Shown here: positions 9,516 to 17,861 of the stretch, in pieces
Numbering within the stretch: the stretch's first letter is position 1
How the letters are laid out: each line of letters starts with the position of its first letter
Assembly: GCA_038886195.1 (NCBI GenBank)
Contig: JAVZYK010000001.1
Coordinates: 240,168-304,167, forward strand
Direction: 5' to 3'
Source: Candidatus Pacearchaeota archaeon
Lineage (GTDB): Archaea; Nanobdellota; Nanobdellia; Pacearchaeales; UBA284
Length of the DNA: 64,000 nucleotides
Program-made: the position numbers and the translations under genes
Notes under the pieces: generated by a model
The model's input: only the letters and a program-made list of their open reading frames with translations
The model's database searches: none
Told to the model about the DNA's origin: nothing

Positions 9516-10139
9516 ATGTTAAATAAAAATTCAAAAAGAAATTCTAAAAATAAAATATCTAAAAAAAGAAAAGAAGAAAAAGTGAAGGAAAAAAAGGAAT
9601 TGGAAAAGAAAATAGAAAAAATAAATTCTAATGAATTTGATTTTCAGTTTGAAATAACTTTTAATGATGCTTCTACTAGAGAAGTCCCGGTGCTTAGAAC
9701 TGAGCCAATAACTAATACTAATATATCTATAAGCTTAGAAGATTCTCTGAACAAAGTAATTACGACTGAAAAAAACATATCTGAAAAATCTAAAAAAGAG
9801 GAAAAATTGTATTTCCATACTCCTGTTCATTATGATAAGGATATAAAAAAATACGCTACAGAAAATAATGAAGAAGAAAAAGCAAAGGAATTTGAAGAAA
9901 GCATAATCGGACCTTTACACAAAAAATGGCATAGCCTTAGAGAAAAAAATAAAGCAAATAAAACGGAATTTATCGAAATGCAAAATGAGCAAGGAATGCG
10001 AGAAATGATATTCGAAGAAATAAAAAAATATGAAAAAAAATACAATAAATTAGAAAGAGAAAATGAAGCCATCGAAAGGCCGGAAAGAAAAAAAGATAAA
10101 ATAAAATATTATTGGAATAATACGATAATAATTAAATAA
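9516..10139 (+). CDS. hypothetical lysine/glutamate-rich protein
   Basis: 207 aa. Starts 22 nt after the previous stop and ends 2 nt before the next start. Highly charged low-complexity sequence. Confidence 0.45.
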   Translation: MLNKNSKRNSKNKISKKRKEEKVKEKKELEKKIEKINSNEFDFQFEITFNDASTREVPVLRTEPITNTNISISLEDSLNKVITTEKNISEKSKKEEKLYFHTPVHYDKDIKKYATENNEEEKAKEFEESIIGPLHKKWHSLREKNKANKTEFIEMQNEQGMREMIFEEIKKYEKKYNKLERENEAIERPERKKDKIKYYWNNTIIIK

Positions 10140-10141
10140 AA

Positions 10142-11917
10142 ATGGCTTATAACATTGAATCATTTTATGAGGGTAGTTTAAGTCCTTTAGAGCCAACATA
10201 CGGAGAATTATTTACAGGTTATAGAGTTCCATTTTCAAGAATAGGAGCTCCTACAAGCATACAGACAGCAAATCAAATTTCTGAAGTTTCCGCAAGACTT
10301 AGCGAAGGAATGCGTGTAGTTGAATTGCAACCAATAAGTTTAGATGTTTTTGAAACAATTCCAAAACAACATTGGAAAGAAACTGAAAGATTGTTAAAAC
10401 TTACTGGAGCTGAAGCAACGCTACATGCTCCAATTATTGATCCTTCTGGATTTACTGAAGAAGGATGGAATGAAATTGCAAGAAGACAGGCAGAAGAAAT
10501 ACTTAAAATGTCTTTAGAAAGAGCGCATGAATTAAATCCAAAAGGCAACGTTCCTGTAACTTTTCACGCTACAGCGGGCGCTCCTTCTACAGAGGCTATA
10601 AAATTAATGCCTAATGAGATGGGAGATGTGATTCCTGCTGTTAATAAAGATACAGGACAGCTAGTTTATTTAAGAAGAGAGAAAAAATATGTCCCTGAAG
10701 AAGCAAAAGAAATTTTGATAGATCCAGAAGAGCAAATTAGAGAACATAACAAAAGAAGATGGAAAAATCTAATAAGTCAAATAGCTTGGGAAAATAGTAA
10801 AGCTTATGAAGAGATTTCTACAAGCGCACCAATAGTTGCTCCAATTTATGATGAATTGACAAAAGGAAAAATAAAAGAAGAAGAACTTCTTCCAGAACAA
10901 AGAGCGGCACTTTCTGCATTCGAAATGGGGCAGGCTCTTTATGAAGGAATAGGTTCAAACATAAAAGCTTGGTTCGACGAAGCTATGAAGGTGTGGCCAG
11001 AAAATGTAAAGAAAAGAAAGGAAATAGAATTGATTAAAAAAAATTTAATTGAAATAGATGGAAAAAATTTAATTGAAAACAATCCAATAGAAGCTGCAAG
11101 AAAATATGATGAAACATTAAGACTTTTCAAAAAAGTTATTTCAGAAAATCCTCCTGAAGTTTATGTTTCTACAGATAAATTTGCTTTAGAAAAAAGTAAA
11201 GAAACTATTGCTAACGCTGCATTAGATGCTTTCAAAAAATTTGGAAATAATGCTCCTATTATTAGTGTAGAGAATGTATTTCCTGGAACTGTATTTGGCC
11301 AAGCAGAAAAATTGAAAGAACTAATTCAAAAAGCCAGAGAAGAATTTGTAAATAAAGCTAAAAAAGAAGGCATAAGTGAATCAAAAGCAAAAGAGGCTGC
11401 GCAAAAGTTAATAGGAGCGACTTGGGATGTCGGGCACATTAATTTGCTTAGACGTTATGGTTTTAAAGAAAAAGAAATCGTTGAAGAAACTAAAAAAATA
11501 GCTCCTTTTGTGAAACACGTACATCTTACTGATAATTTTGGGTTTAGAGATTCTCATTTGCCCCCAGGAATGGGAGAAGTGCCTTTCAAAGAAATTTTAA
11601 AAGAATTAGAAAAGGCTGGTTTTAGAGGAAAGGAAATAGTAGAAGCTGGCGGCTTTGTTACTCAATTTAAAACTTCTCCAACACCTTACGTTCTTGAAGC
11701 TTTAGGGTCGCCTATTTATGGAATGGAAATGCAACCTTTTTGGAATCAAGTTAGAGGAAGCTATGGATTGCCTGGAATTTATTATGGAGGCTATGGCATG
11801 ATGCTTCCTGAACAACATTTTTCTACTTATGGAGCTGGATTTGCTACATTGCCAATGGAGCTAGGAGGATCAATGCCTGGAAAAGGCCAAAGATTTGCAG
11901 GAACTCCTATGGAATAA
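10142..11917 (+). CDS. xylose-isomerase-like TIM-barrel (AP endonuclease 2 family-like) protein with a large internal insertion
   Basis: The N-terminal part (VVELQP...ATLHAPIIDPSG...VTFHA) and C-terminal part (WDVGHINLL...VKHVHLTDNFGFRDSHLPPGMGEVPFKEILKELEKAGFRGKEIVEAG) resemble the metal-binding strands of this TIM-barrel family. They are separated by about 230 aa of unrelated sequence. Confidence 0.5.
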   Translation: MAYNIESFYEGSLSPLEPTYGELFTGYRVPFSRIGAPTSIQTANQISEVSARLSEGMRVVELQPISLDVFETIPKQHWKETERLLKLTGAEATLHAPIIDPSGFTEEGWNEIARRQAEEILKMSLERAHELNPKGNVPVTFHATAGAPSTEAIKLMPNEMGDVIPAVNKDTGQLVYLRREKKYVPEEAKEILIDPEEQIREHNKRRWKNLISQIAWENSKAYEEISTSAPIVAPIYDELTKGKIKEEELLPEQRAALSAFEMGQALYEGIGSNIKAWFDEAMKVWPENVKKRKEIELIKKNLIEIDGKNLIENNPIEAARKYDETLRLFKKVISENPPEVYVSTDKFALEKSKETIANAALDAFKKFGNNAPIISVENVFPGTVFGQAEKLKELIQKAREEFVNKAKKEGISESKAKEAAQKLIGATWDVGHINLLRRYGFKEKEIVEETKKIAPFVKHVHLTDNFGFRDSHLPPGMGEVPFKEILKELEKAGFRGKEIVEAGGFVTQFKTSPTPYVLEALGSPIYGMEMQPFWNQVRGSYGLPGIYYGGYGMMLPEQHFSTYGAGFATLPMELGGSMPGKGQRFAGTPME

Positions 11918-11972
11918 AAGATAATATTTAAAAAATAAAAATTATTCAAAATATAAGTTTAAAAGAGGTAAA

Positions 11973-12806
11973 ATGGTTGAAGAAAAGAAGAAGACAAAAG
12001 TTTCTGAAAAAGAATTCCCTTCTTTGCGCCTAAAAGAAGAACAAGATATTGCGTATGATTTTGCTACAAAAGTTTATGAAAAATTTGGCAAGATAATAAA
12101 ATCTATAGTGCTTTTTGGCTCTAGTGCAAAGGGTAAGGCAGTAAAGGGAAGCGATATTGACATAATCATATTGCTTGATGATTGTTCTATACAATGGGAT
12201 GCTGAATTGATTGCTTGGTATCGAGAAGAATTAGGAAAGTTAATTAGAGAAAATCCGTATAGAAAGCCTTTACATATTAATTCAGTAAGGCTAAGTACTT
12301 GGTGGCAAGAAATGTTGCGTGGAGAACCAGTAATTTTAAACATAATTAGATGGGGTCAACCTTTAATTGATTTTGGAGGTTTTTTCACGCCCCTAAAAGT
12401 TTTGCTTGCTCAGGGGAAAATTAAAGCAACTCCTGAATCAATTTATGTAATATTACAAAGAGCTCCTTTGCATATGGCTAGAACTAAGGCAGCTTTACTT
12501 AACAGTATTGAAGGGCTTTATTGGGCAATGGTTGACTCAAGTCATGCTGCTCTTATTGCAGCAAAAAGAATGCCTCCAAGTCCTGAACATATAGCAGAAA
12601 TGTTACATGATACTTTTGTTATATCTAAGAATTTAGATCCAAAATACGTTGCATGGTATCGTGAAATGTATACTTTGGCTCATGAAATTTTGCATGGAAA
12701 TAGAACAGAAGTTTCTGGCAAAGAAATCGAAGAATGGCAGAAAAGAACTGATTTGTTTGTAAGAGAAATGGCAAAAATAATCGATAGAATAATTAGTGAA
12801 AAGTGA
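11973..12806 (+). CDS. nucleotidyltransferase fused to a HEPN-like helical domain (KNTase-like architecture)
   Basis: Minimal NTase motif VLFGSSAKGKAVKGSDIDIIILLDD. The C-terminal helical region contains an Rx6H match (KRMPPSPEH) in an ALIAAK...H..E.L context reminiscent of HEPN. Confidence 0.6.
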   Translation: MVEEKKKTKVSEKEFPSLRLKEEQDIAYDFATKVYEKFGKIIKSIVLFGSSAKGKAVKGSDIDIIILLDDCSIQWDAELIAWYREELGKLIRENPYRKPLHINSVRLSTWWQEMLRGEPVILNIIRWGQPLIDFGGFFTPLKVLLAQGKIKATPESIYVILQRAPLHMARTKAALLNSIEGLYWAMVDSSHAALIAAKRMPPSPEHIAEMLHDTFVISKNLDPKYVAWYREMYTLAHEILHGNRTEVSGKEIEEWQKRTDLFVREMAKIIDRIISEK

Positions 12807-12830
12807 AAAAATAAAAGAAACATAAAAAAA

Positions 12831-13406
12831 TTATTCTTCTTTTTTCTTTTCTTTACATTTATCCAATTCTTCTTTTAATTTTCTTTCTGCTTCAAATTTT
12901 ATTCCTACATACAATGCATCTATATCTCTTACGGCCCAAGCCAGATAATAATCGCTTTTCTTTCCTGTTTTTTTTGATAAATAATCTGAAAGATATGCTC
13001 TTTTTTCTCCTTTATCTAATTCTCCTATTTTTTCTATGTATTTATATTGTGCATGAGCCTCTGCCAAATCTTTATAAGCTTCTTTTCCTAATTTTAGTGG
13101 TGGCAATTCTTTTAACAACTCATAGGCATCTTTATCTTTTATTATATCGGCGTAAGAAACTTTTTCAGAAACTTCATCTAGCAGTTTCATTTTTGTTTCA
13201 ATCAACTTTTCTCCTACTTCTGTTGGTGTTGCTTGTCTTAACCGTTCTTCGGGTGTTCCTTCTATGGCGCTTACCGTTCTTAAAGCAAAAACATCGTGAG
13301 GATTTTTAATGTATCTGTCTTCAGCTTTTTTAATTCCTATATATCGTTTTATTAAATCTTCTGGATTGAGTTCTTCTTTCTCTTTTTCTTTTGTTTTTTT
13401 AGACAT
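12831..13406 (-). CDS. hypothetical charged protein (191 aa)
   Basis: Intact ORF with K/E-rich ends. The antisense ORF 12914..13309 is low-complexity and judged spurious. Confidence 0.45.
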   Translation of the reverse strand: MSKKTKEKEKEELNPEDLIKRYIGIKKAEDRYIKNPHDVFALRTVSAIEGTPEERLRQATPTEVGEKLIETKMKLLDEVSEKVSYADIIKDKDAYELLKELPPLKLGKEAYKDLAEAHAQYKYIEKIGELDKGEKRAYLSDYLSKKTGKKSDYYLAWAVRDIDALYVGIKFEAERKLKEELDKCKEKKKEE

Positions 13407-13510
13407 CTTAATTTTTAAATCAAATTTTATAAGTTTGAAATATTTAAAAACATTTCCTTTATTTTTTTTAAAAAGAAAGTTTTAAATAAAACAAAATAAA
13501 TAATTTAGAT

Positions 13511-14206
13511 ATGTTCAAGAAAAAAATCAAATGTAGTTGTGGTAAGAAAATAGATGTTAATTTTAATTTCTGCCCATATTGTGGAGCTAAATTAAAGACA
13601 CAAATAGAAAGAGATAAAGCCTTAGACAAAGAAGTTAAAGAAATGGTGAAAGAAGTAGAAGATGCTTTTGGAATGCCATTTTTTATGAAATTTCCTTTTG
13701 AGAAATTAGTAAAAAAATTTGTAAAGGATATAGAAAAACAGTTTCAAGAATATGATGAATTGATTGCTAGAGAAAAGATAAAACCAGAAAATGTTTCTGG
13801 AATAAGCATAAGTATAAAACAAAGCCCTAATGGAGAACCGATAATTCAAGTTAAACAATTTGGAAACAAAGAAGAGGTTCCTATTAAAACAATCAAAGAA
13901 GAAATTAAAGAAAAGGAGTTGCCAAAACCAAAAATATCAGAAGAAGAGGCATTAAAACTGGCCAAACTTCCTAGAGAAGAGCCTGAAACCAAAGTAAGAA
14001 GGCTTTCTGATAAAATTGTTTATGAAATTGCTTTGCCTGGTGTTAAAAGTGAAAAAGACATTATAATAAATAAATTACAAAATAGTATTGAAATAAAAGC
14101 ATTTGCTAAAGATAAAGCTTATTTTAAGTTAATTCCTTTGGGATTGCCTATAAAAAAATATCGACTTGATAAAGAAACTCTTATTTTAGAATTAAAGCCT
14201 TATTAA
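13511..14206 (+). CDS. zinc-ribbon protein with C-terminal Hsp20/alpha-crystallin-like domain
   Basis: N-terminal CSCGKK...CPYCGAKL zinc ribbon. The C-terminal about 80 aa (VRRLSDKIVYEIALPGVKSEKDIIINKLQNSIEIKAF...LILELK) has the strand pattern of small-HSP/CS domains. Confidence 0.5.
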   Translation: MFKKKIKCSCGKKIDVNFNFCPYCGAKLKTQIERDKALDKEVKEMVKEVEDAFGMPFFMKFPFEKLVKKFVKDIEKQFQEYDELIAREKIKPENVSGISISIKQSPNGEPIIQVKQFGNKEEVPIKTIKEEIKEKELPKPKISEEEALKLAKLPREEPETKVRRLSDKIVYEIALPGVKSEKDIIINKLQNSIEIKAFAKDKAYFKLIPLGLPIKKYRLDKETLILELKPY

Positions 14207-14258
14207 TTTTTTAATTAAAAAGCCATAAATTTTTAAATCATAGTTCCTTAAGAAAATT

Positions 14259-15806
14259 ATGAAAAGAGGGATTATATTGTTTTTTATTTTATATTTCATT
14301 TGTATCTCTGCTCACTGTGTTTCTGCTTATGATGGTTATGGATATTTCGGCGCTACAGATTTTCCTTCCGTTTCAGAATTGGCGCAAAACGAGTGGGTAA
14401 ATGCCGCATTGCTTTTTTTATTGATTTTTGCATTTTGTTGGTTTGTGCTCCAGAATGTTTTTGGAGCGCAAAAAGGTGCTGGAATTGTCATTTCACTTAT
14501 AATGGCTGCAATAGGAGCTTTAGGAGTAGTTTACTTTTATGGACCTATAATAAGCAAAGTAGGCCATTGGCTTTTATTTTTAATACTTGCTGTGATAGGA
14601 TTTCTACTTTTTATTCAATTCAGAGCTCAAGGAAATGTTGCGTTTTTTATTCTTCTGGCTCTTTCTCTTTTATGGCTATTTTTTGGTCATCGTATGCTTT
14701 GCCCACCTTTAGGAGCTCCTTTTCCTCATGAACTTTGTATTTTGCTTGATACAATTGCTGCAATTTTAATAATTATAGGAATAATAAAGCTCTTAGCATG
14801 GATTTTTGGCAGAATTAGTGGTCATATTAGTATAGGTGGTGGCGGAGGTGGAGATGGTGGTGGAGACGGAGGTGGAGATGGTGGTGGAGATAATCATTAT
14901 ACATTGACAATAGGGGTTCAAGGATATGGTACAACAAATCCTGCTCCAGGAAATTATAGAAAAAAAGAAAATTCAAAAATAACTGTAAGAGCGATTCCTA
15001 GAAACAATGCTAAATTTGATCATTGGGAACTTGATGGAGTAAACTTGGGTGCAAATCCTAAAGTAACAATAACTATGGACTCTGATCATACTTTATATGC
15101 TATATTTAGCGGAGCTTCTCCTCATATAAATATTAAAATAGTTGTAGAAGGTCCTGGTACTACAATTCCTTCTCCAGGGATACACAGCTATCCAATAAAT
15201 ACAACCGTAAATTTAACTGCAATTCCCGCAAAGAATGCTACATTTAAAGAATGGCGTATCCAATATGTTAAAGGAACTTGTAAGTCAAGAAGTTTCAATT
15301 TAAATTTAAAATCTCCGGTATTTGCTGGCAAGAATTTAATAAATATTATTGCGGTATTTGAAGGAGAAGCGCCGCCGATAAAAGTTTATATAGAAGCCAA
15401 TCCCAAAAGAATAGGAGAAGGTGGGGTAACAACAATAAATTGGCATGCCAATAATGCAGACTGGGTTGAAATAACTCCATTTATAATAGGAAAAAAAGCA
15501 CCGCAAGGTTCACAAAAGGTTAAGTTATATAAATCTACTACCTTTACTGCAATTGCTGGAAACAACAAAGGTCAGAGAGCCAAGGCTTCTTGTTATGTTG
15601 AAGTTTTAAAAGCAATAACTCACGAAGAAAAAAAGATGTTGCCACCGCCCGCTGAAATTGATATAATTAAACGAAATTTAAATAGAATACAAAATCTTTT
15701 AGATAAAGAAATGAAAAAAGGGGATAAAGCCAACAGGGCTAGAATAGATAAACTCTTAGAGATGCGCGATAAATTAAAAAAAAGACTTAGGGAAATAAGA
15801 AAATAA
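14259..15806 (+). CDS. polytopic membrane protein with Gly/Asp linker and tandem beta-repeat ectodomain
   Basis: About 5 hydrophobic helices, then GGGGGDGGGDGGGDGGGD. Two similar modules follow (YTLTIGVQGYGTTNPAPGNY...FDHWELDG...HTLYAIF and INIKIVVEGPGTTIPSPGIH...FKEWRI...IIAVF), resembling divergent InlB B-repeat-type domains. Coiled-coil basic tail. Confidence 0.55.
   Translation: MKRGIILFFILYFICISAHCVSAYDGYGYFGATDFPSVSELAQNEWVNAALLFLLIFAFCWFVLQNVFGAQKGAGIVISLIMAAIGALGVVYFYGPIISKVGHWLLFLILAVIGFLLFIQFRAQGNVAFFILLALSLLWLFFGHRMLCPPLGAPFPHELCILLDTIAAILIIIGIIKLLAWIFGRISGHISIGGGGGGDGGGDGGGDGGGDNHYTLTIGVQGYGTTNPAPGNYRKKENSKITVRAIPRNNAKFDHWELDGVNLGANPKVTITMDSDHTLYAIFSGASPHINIKIVVEGPGTTIPSPGIHSYPINTTVNLTAIPAKNATFKEWRIQYVKGTCKSRSFNLNLKSPVFAGKNLINIIAVFEGEAPPIKVYIEANPKRIGEGGVTTINWHANNADWVEITPFIIGKKAPQGSQKVKLYKSTTFTAIAGNNKGQRAKASCYVEVLKAITHEEKKMLPPPAEIDIIKRNLNRIQNLLDKEMKKGDKANRARIDKLLEMRDKLKKRLREIRK
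14835..14888 (+). repeat. in-frame 12-nt periodic repeat encoding G5D(GGGD)3
   Basis: ggtggtggcggaggtggagat ggtggtggagac ggaggtggagat ggtggtggagat read directly from the sequence. Confidence 0.85.
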
Positions 15807-15870
15807 TTATCGACAAATTTATAAATATAAGAAAATTAATAAAAATAAAAAAACAAAAGAGGAAAGTAAA

Positions 15871-16077
15871 ATGGTTTTTTATGGGAATCCTGCAAAAACT
15901 TGGCTATTAATATTGGGATTAGTTATAATTATAGTGAGTGTTGCTGGAATTTTGATTAATTTAGGAATAACTTTTTGGATTTTAGAAAATTTACCAACAA
16001 ATCCAATAATTTATTTAGGAATTGATGCAGCAATTGGACTTATAATGTTAATTATTGGTTTTAATCCAATGATTTAA
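15871..16077 (+). CDS. small membrane protein (68 aa, two TM helices)
   Basis: Preceded by aaaagaggaaagtaaaATG (SD-like). Almost entirely hydrophobic. Confidence 0.4.
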   Translation: MVFYGNPAKTWLLILGLVIIIVSVAGILINLGITFWILENLPTNPIIYLGIDAAIGLIMLIIGFNPMI

Positions 16078-16081
16078 AATT

Positions 16082-17128
16082 TTAGAACCAATTATCTAAA
16101 CCTTTTTGGCTTGCTTCTTTTTTATGTTCATAAACTTTCTCTAAAGCAGAATCTACTCTTTCTTCAGAAAAATCATGTTCCTTACATAAAATTCTCTTAA
16201 TAGCATTTGTATTAATTTTATCAAATTCTATATTGTAATTGCTTGTAACGTCTGGTTTCTTGAATAATTCAAAAATGTCTCGCCATTCAAACTCTAGTTC
16301 GGGGATCTTGCCTTCTTGAACTTGTTTTTCTATTGCATTAAAAATAAGTACAGGAGTTTTATATTGTAGTACTAATTGCAAAGCTTTCTTTGGTCCAATT
16401 CCCTTTACTCCACCAGGATTAAAGTCAGTACCTACTAAAATACCTAAACAAATAAGTTGTTCATAATTGAGTTGCAAATTATTCAAAACTCGTTCGAGCT
16501 CTATAAGTTCAGGCATTATCGGAACATATGCTCCAGAAGCCAATCTTCTTTTTTTGGCTAAAGTCAAATTTTGTATAAGTCGCGAAGCTCCAAAAAGCAA
16601 AGAATCGTAATCTTGGCTCGCGACAGCGTAAGCATCTCCTCGTTTAACAATAAAAGCACATTGCGCTTCACCTTCGCTCGGAGCTTGAATAACTGGCAAG
16701 CCTAAAACTCGCAATAACTCTTTACTCTCTTGAATCATTTCATCGCTAAGCCTTAGTGTTTGTCTGGCCCATTTGAACATTTCTTCTTTCTCTCCCTTTT
16801 CCTTGGCTTCTTCATACTTCTCTCGAGCCTCTTCTTTACGAGCAGCTCTTGCTCTTGCAGTCTCCTCTTTCAACTCGGGAGGCTTTCCATCAAAAACATA
16901 AACAAGCTTCAATCCTTTTGACATTAAGTTGGTTGTTCTATAAAATAATCCTGATAGATGTGAAGTTATTCTTCCTTTGCTATCCATTAACGGAGTTCCG
17001 TCGGGCTGCCTTATATTAGCAAGAAACTGATAAAGAGCATTGAAAGCATCTACCGCTATAATTTTGCCTTTTAAATCTTCAAGTTTTATCTCTTTTTTTG
17101 GTACAAGTTCGCCAATCTGTAAACCCAT
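16082..17128 (-). CDS. fen: flap endonuclease 1
   Basis: 348 aa. MGLQIGELV..., AVDAFNALYQFL, VYVFDGKPP, APSEGEAQCA, SQDYDSLLFG, GTDFNPGGVKGIGPKKA. These are the canonical XPG-N/XPG-I and H3TH blocks. Confidence 0.92.
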   Translation of the reverse strand: MGLQIGELVPKKEIKLEDLKGKIIAVDAFNALYQFLANIRQPDGTPLMDSKGRITSHLSGLFYRTTNLMSKGLKLVYVFDGKPPELKEETARARAARKEEAREKYEEAKEKGEKEEMFKWARQTLRLSDEMIQESKELLRVLGLPVIQAPSEGEAQCAFIVKRGDAYAVASQDYDSLLFGASRLIQNLTLAKKRRLASGAYVPIMPELIELERVLNNLQLNYEQLICLGILVGTDFNPGGVKGIGPKKALQLVLQYKTPVLIFNAIEKQVQEGKIPELEFEWRDIFELFKKPDVTSNYNIEFDKINTNAIKRILCKEHDFSEERVDSALEKVYEHKKEASQKGLDNWF

Positions 17129-17164
17129 AAAAAACTAAATCAAAGAAAACTTAAATAGTTTGCT

Positions 17165-17785
17165 CTAAAAGCCGTTTTCTAAAATTTTTTTAAAATTATA
17201 AAATTTTTTCTTGACCTTTTCATTATGTTCTTTGTTTGGATTCCAATTTTTTAAAACACAAATTGCAGAATCTATATTTTTGATTTTCTTTTTATCCATC
17301 CAATATCTTATAAAAATTGCAGCATAATCGTGTTGTATTTTTGGATTTAATAACAATCTGTGTTTTCTAACATTATTAACGGCAACAGCAGTATCTTGTT
17401 TTCTTAACATTTCTTCTAGCCACTTATGATTATTTTCATTTATCGCATAATAACCCCAAGAAAAATTTTTCAAATTTCTATCCGTTATCATATTTTCAAA
17501 TCCTGTTTCGTGAGCAGCCAATGCCAATAAAAGAGCGTGAGAAACATTATATTTCTTACTTGCTTCATAAGAATCTTTGGCGAAAGCATATGCTTCATTA
17601 TAGTCCAAACTATCGTTCCAATAGCTTTTATGTTCTGTTTGAATTATTTTTACTACTTTGTTAATATATTCCTCCAGTTTATCTTTTTCTTTTTTCTTTG
17701 TTTGCGATTCTAAAAAGAAATTAATTTCTTTAATAGCTATTATTGAAAATAAACCTAACAATAACCACCTTCCGATTTTTACCAT
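17165..17785 (-). CDS. membrane-anchored protein with weak lytic-transglycosylase (SLT)-like motif
   Basis: N-terminal TM helix. HALLLALAAHETGFENM resembles the catalytic E-S/T-x-F block of SLT/goose-lysozyme-like domains. No other block was recognised. Confidence 0.35.
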   Translation of the reverse strand: MVKIGRWLLLGLFSIIAIKEINFFLESQTKKKEKDKLEEYINKVVKIIQTEHKSYWNDSLDYNEAYAFAKDSYEASKKYNVSHALLLALAAHETGFENMITDRNLKNFSWGYYAINENNHKWLEEMLRKQDTAVAVNNVRKHRLLLNPKIQHDYAAIFIRYWMDKKKIKNIDSAICVLKNWNPNKEHNEKVKKKFYNFKKILENGF

Positions 17786-17832
17786 TTTTAATTTTTAAAA
17801 TATTTTTTGTAACTATTGAAAAGTAACATTTA

Positions 17833-17840
17833 TTTATAAA
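17833..17840 (+). promoter_or_regulatory. TATA-box-like element upstream of polB
   Basis: tttataaa located 22-29 nt upstream of the ATG at 17862, with no SD. Confidence 0.35.
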
Positions 17841-17861
17841 TCTTTCTTAATTATTTAATTA

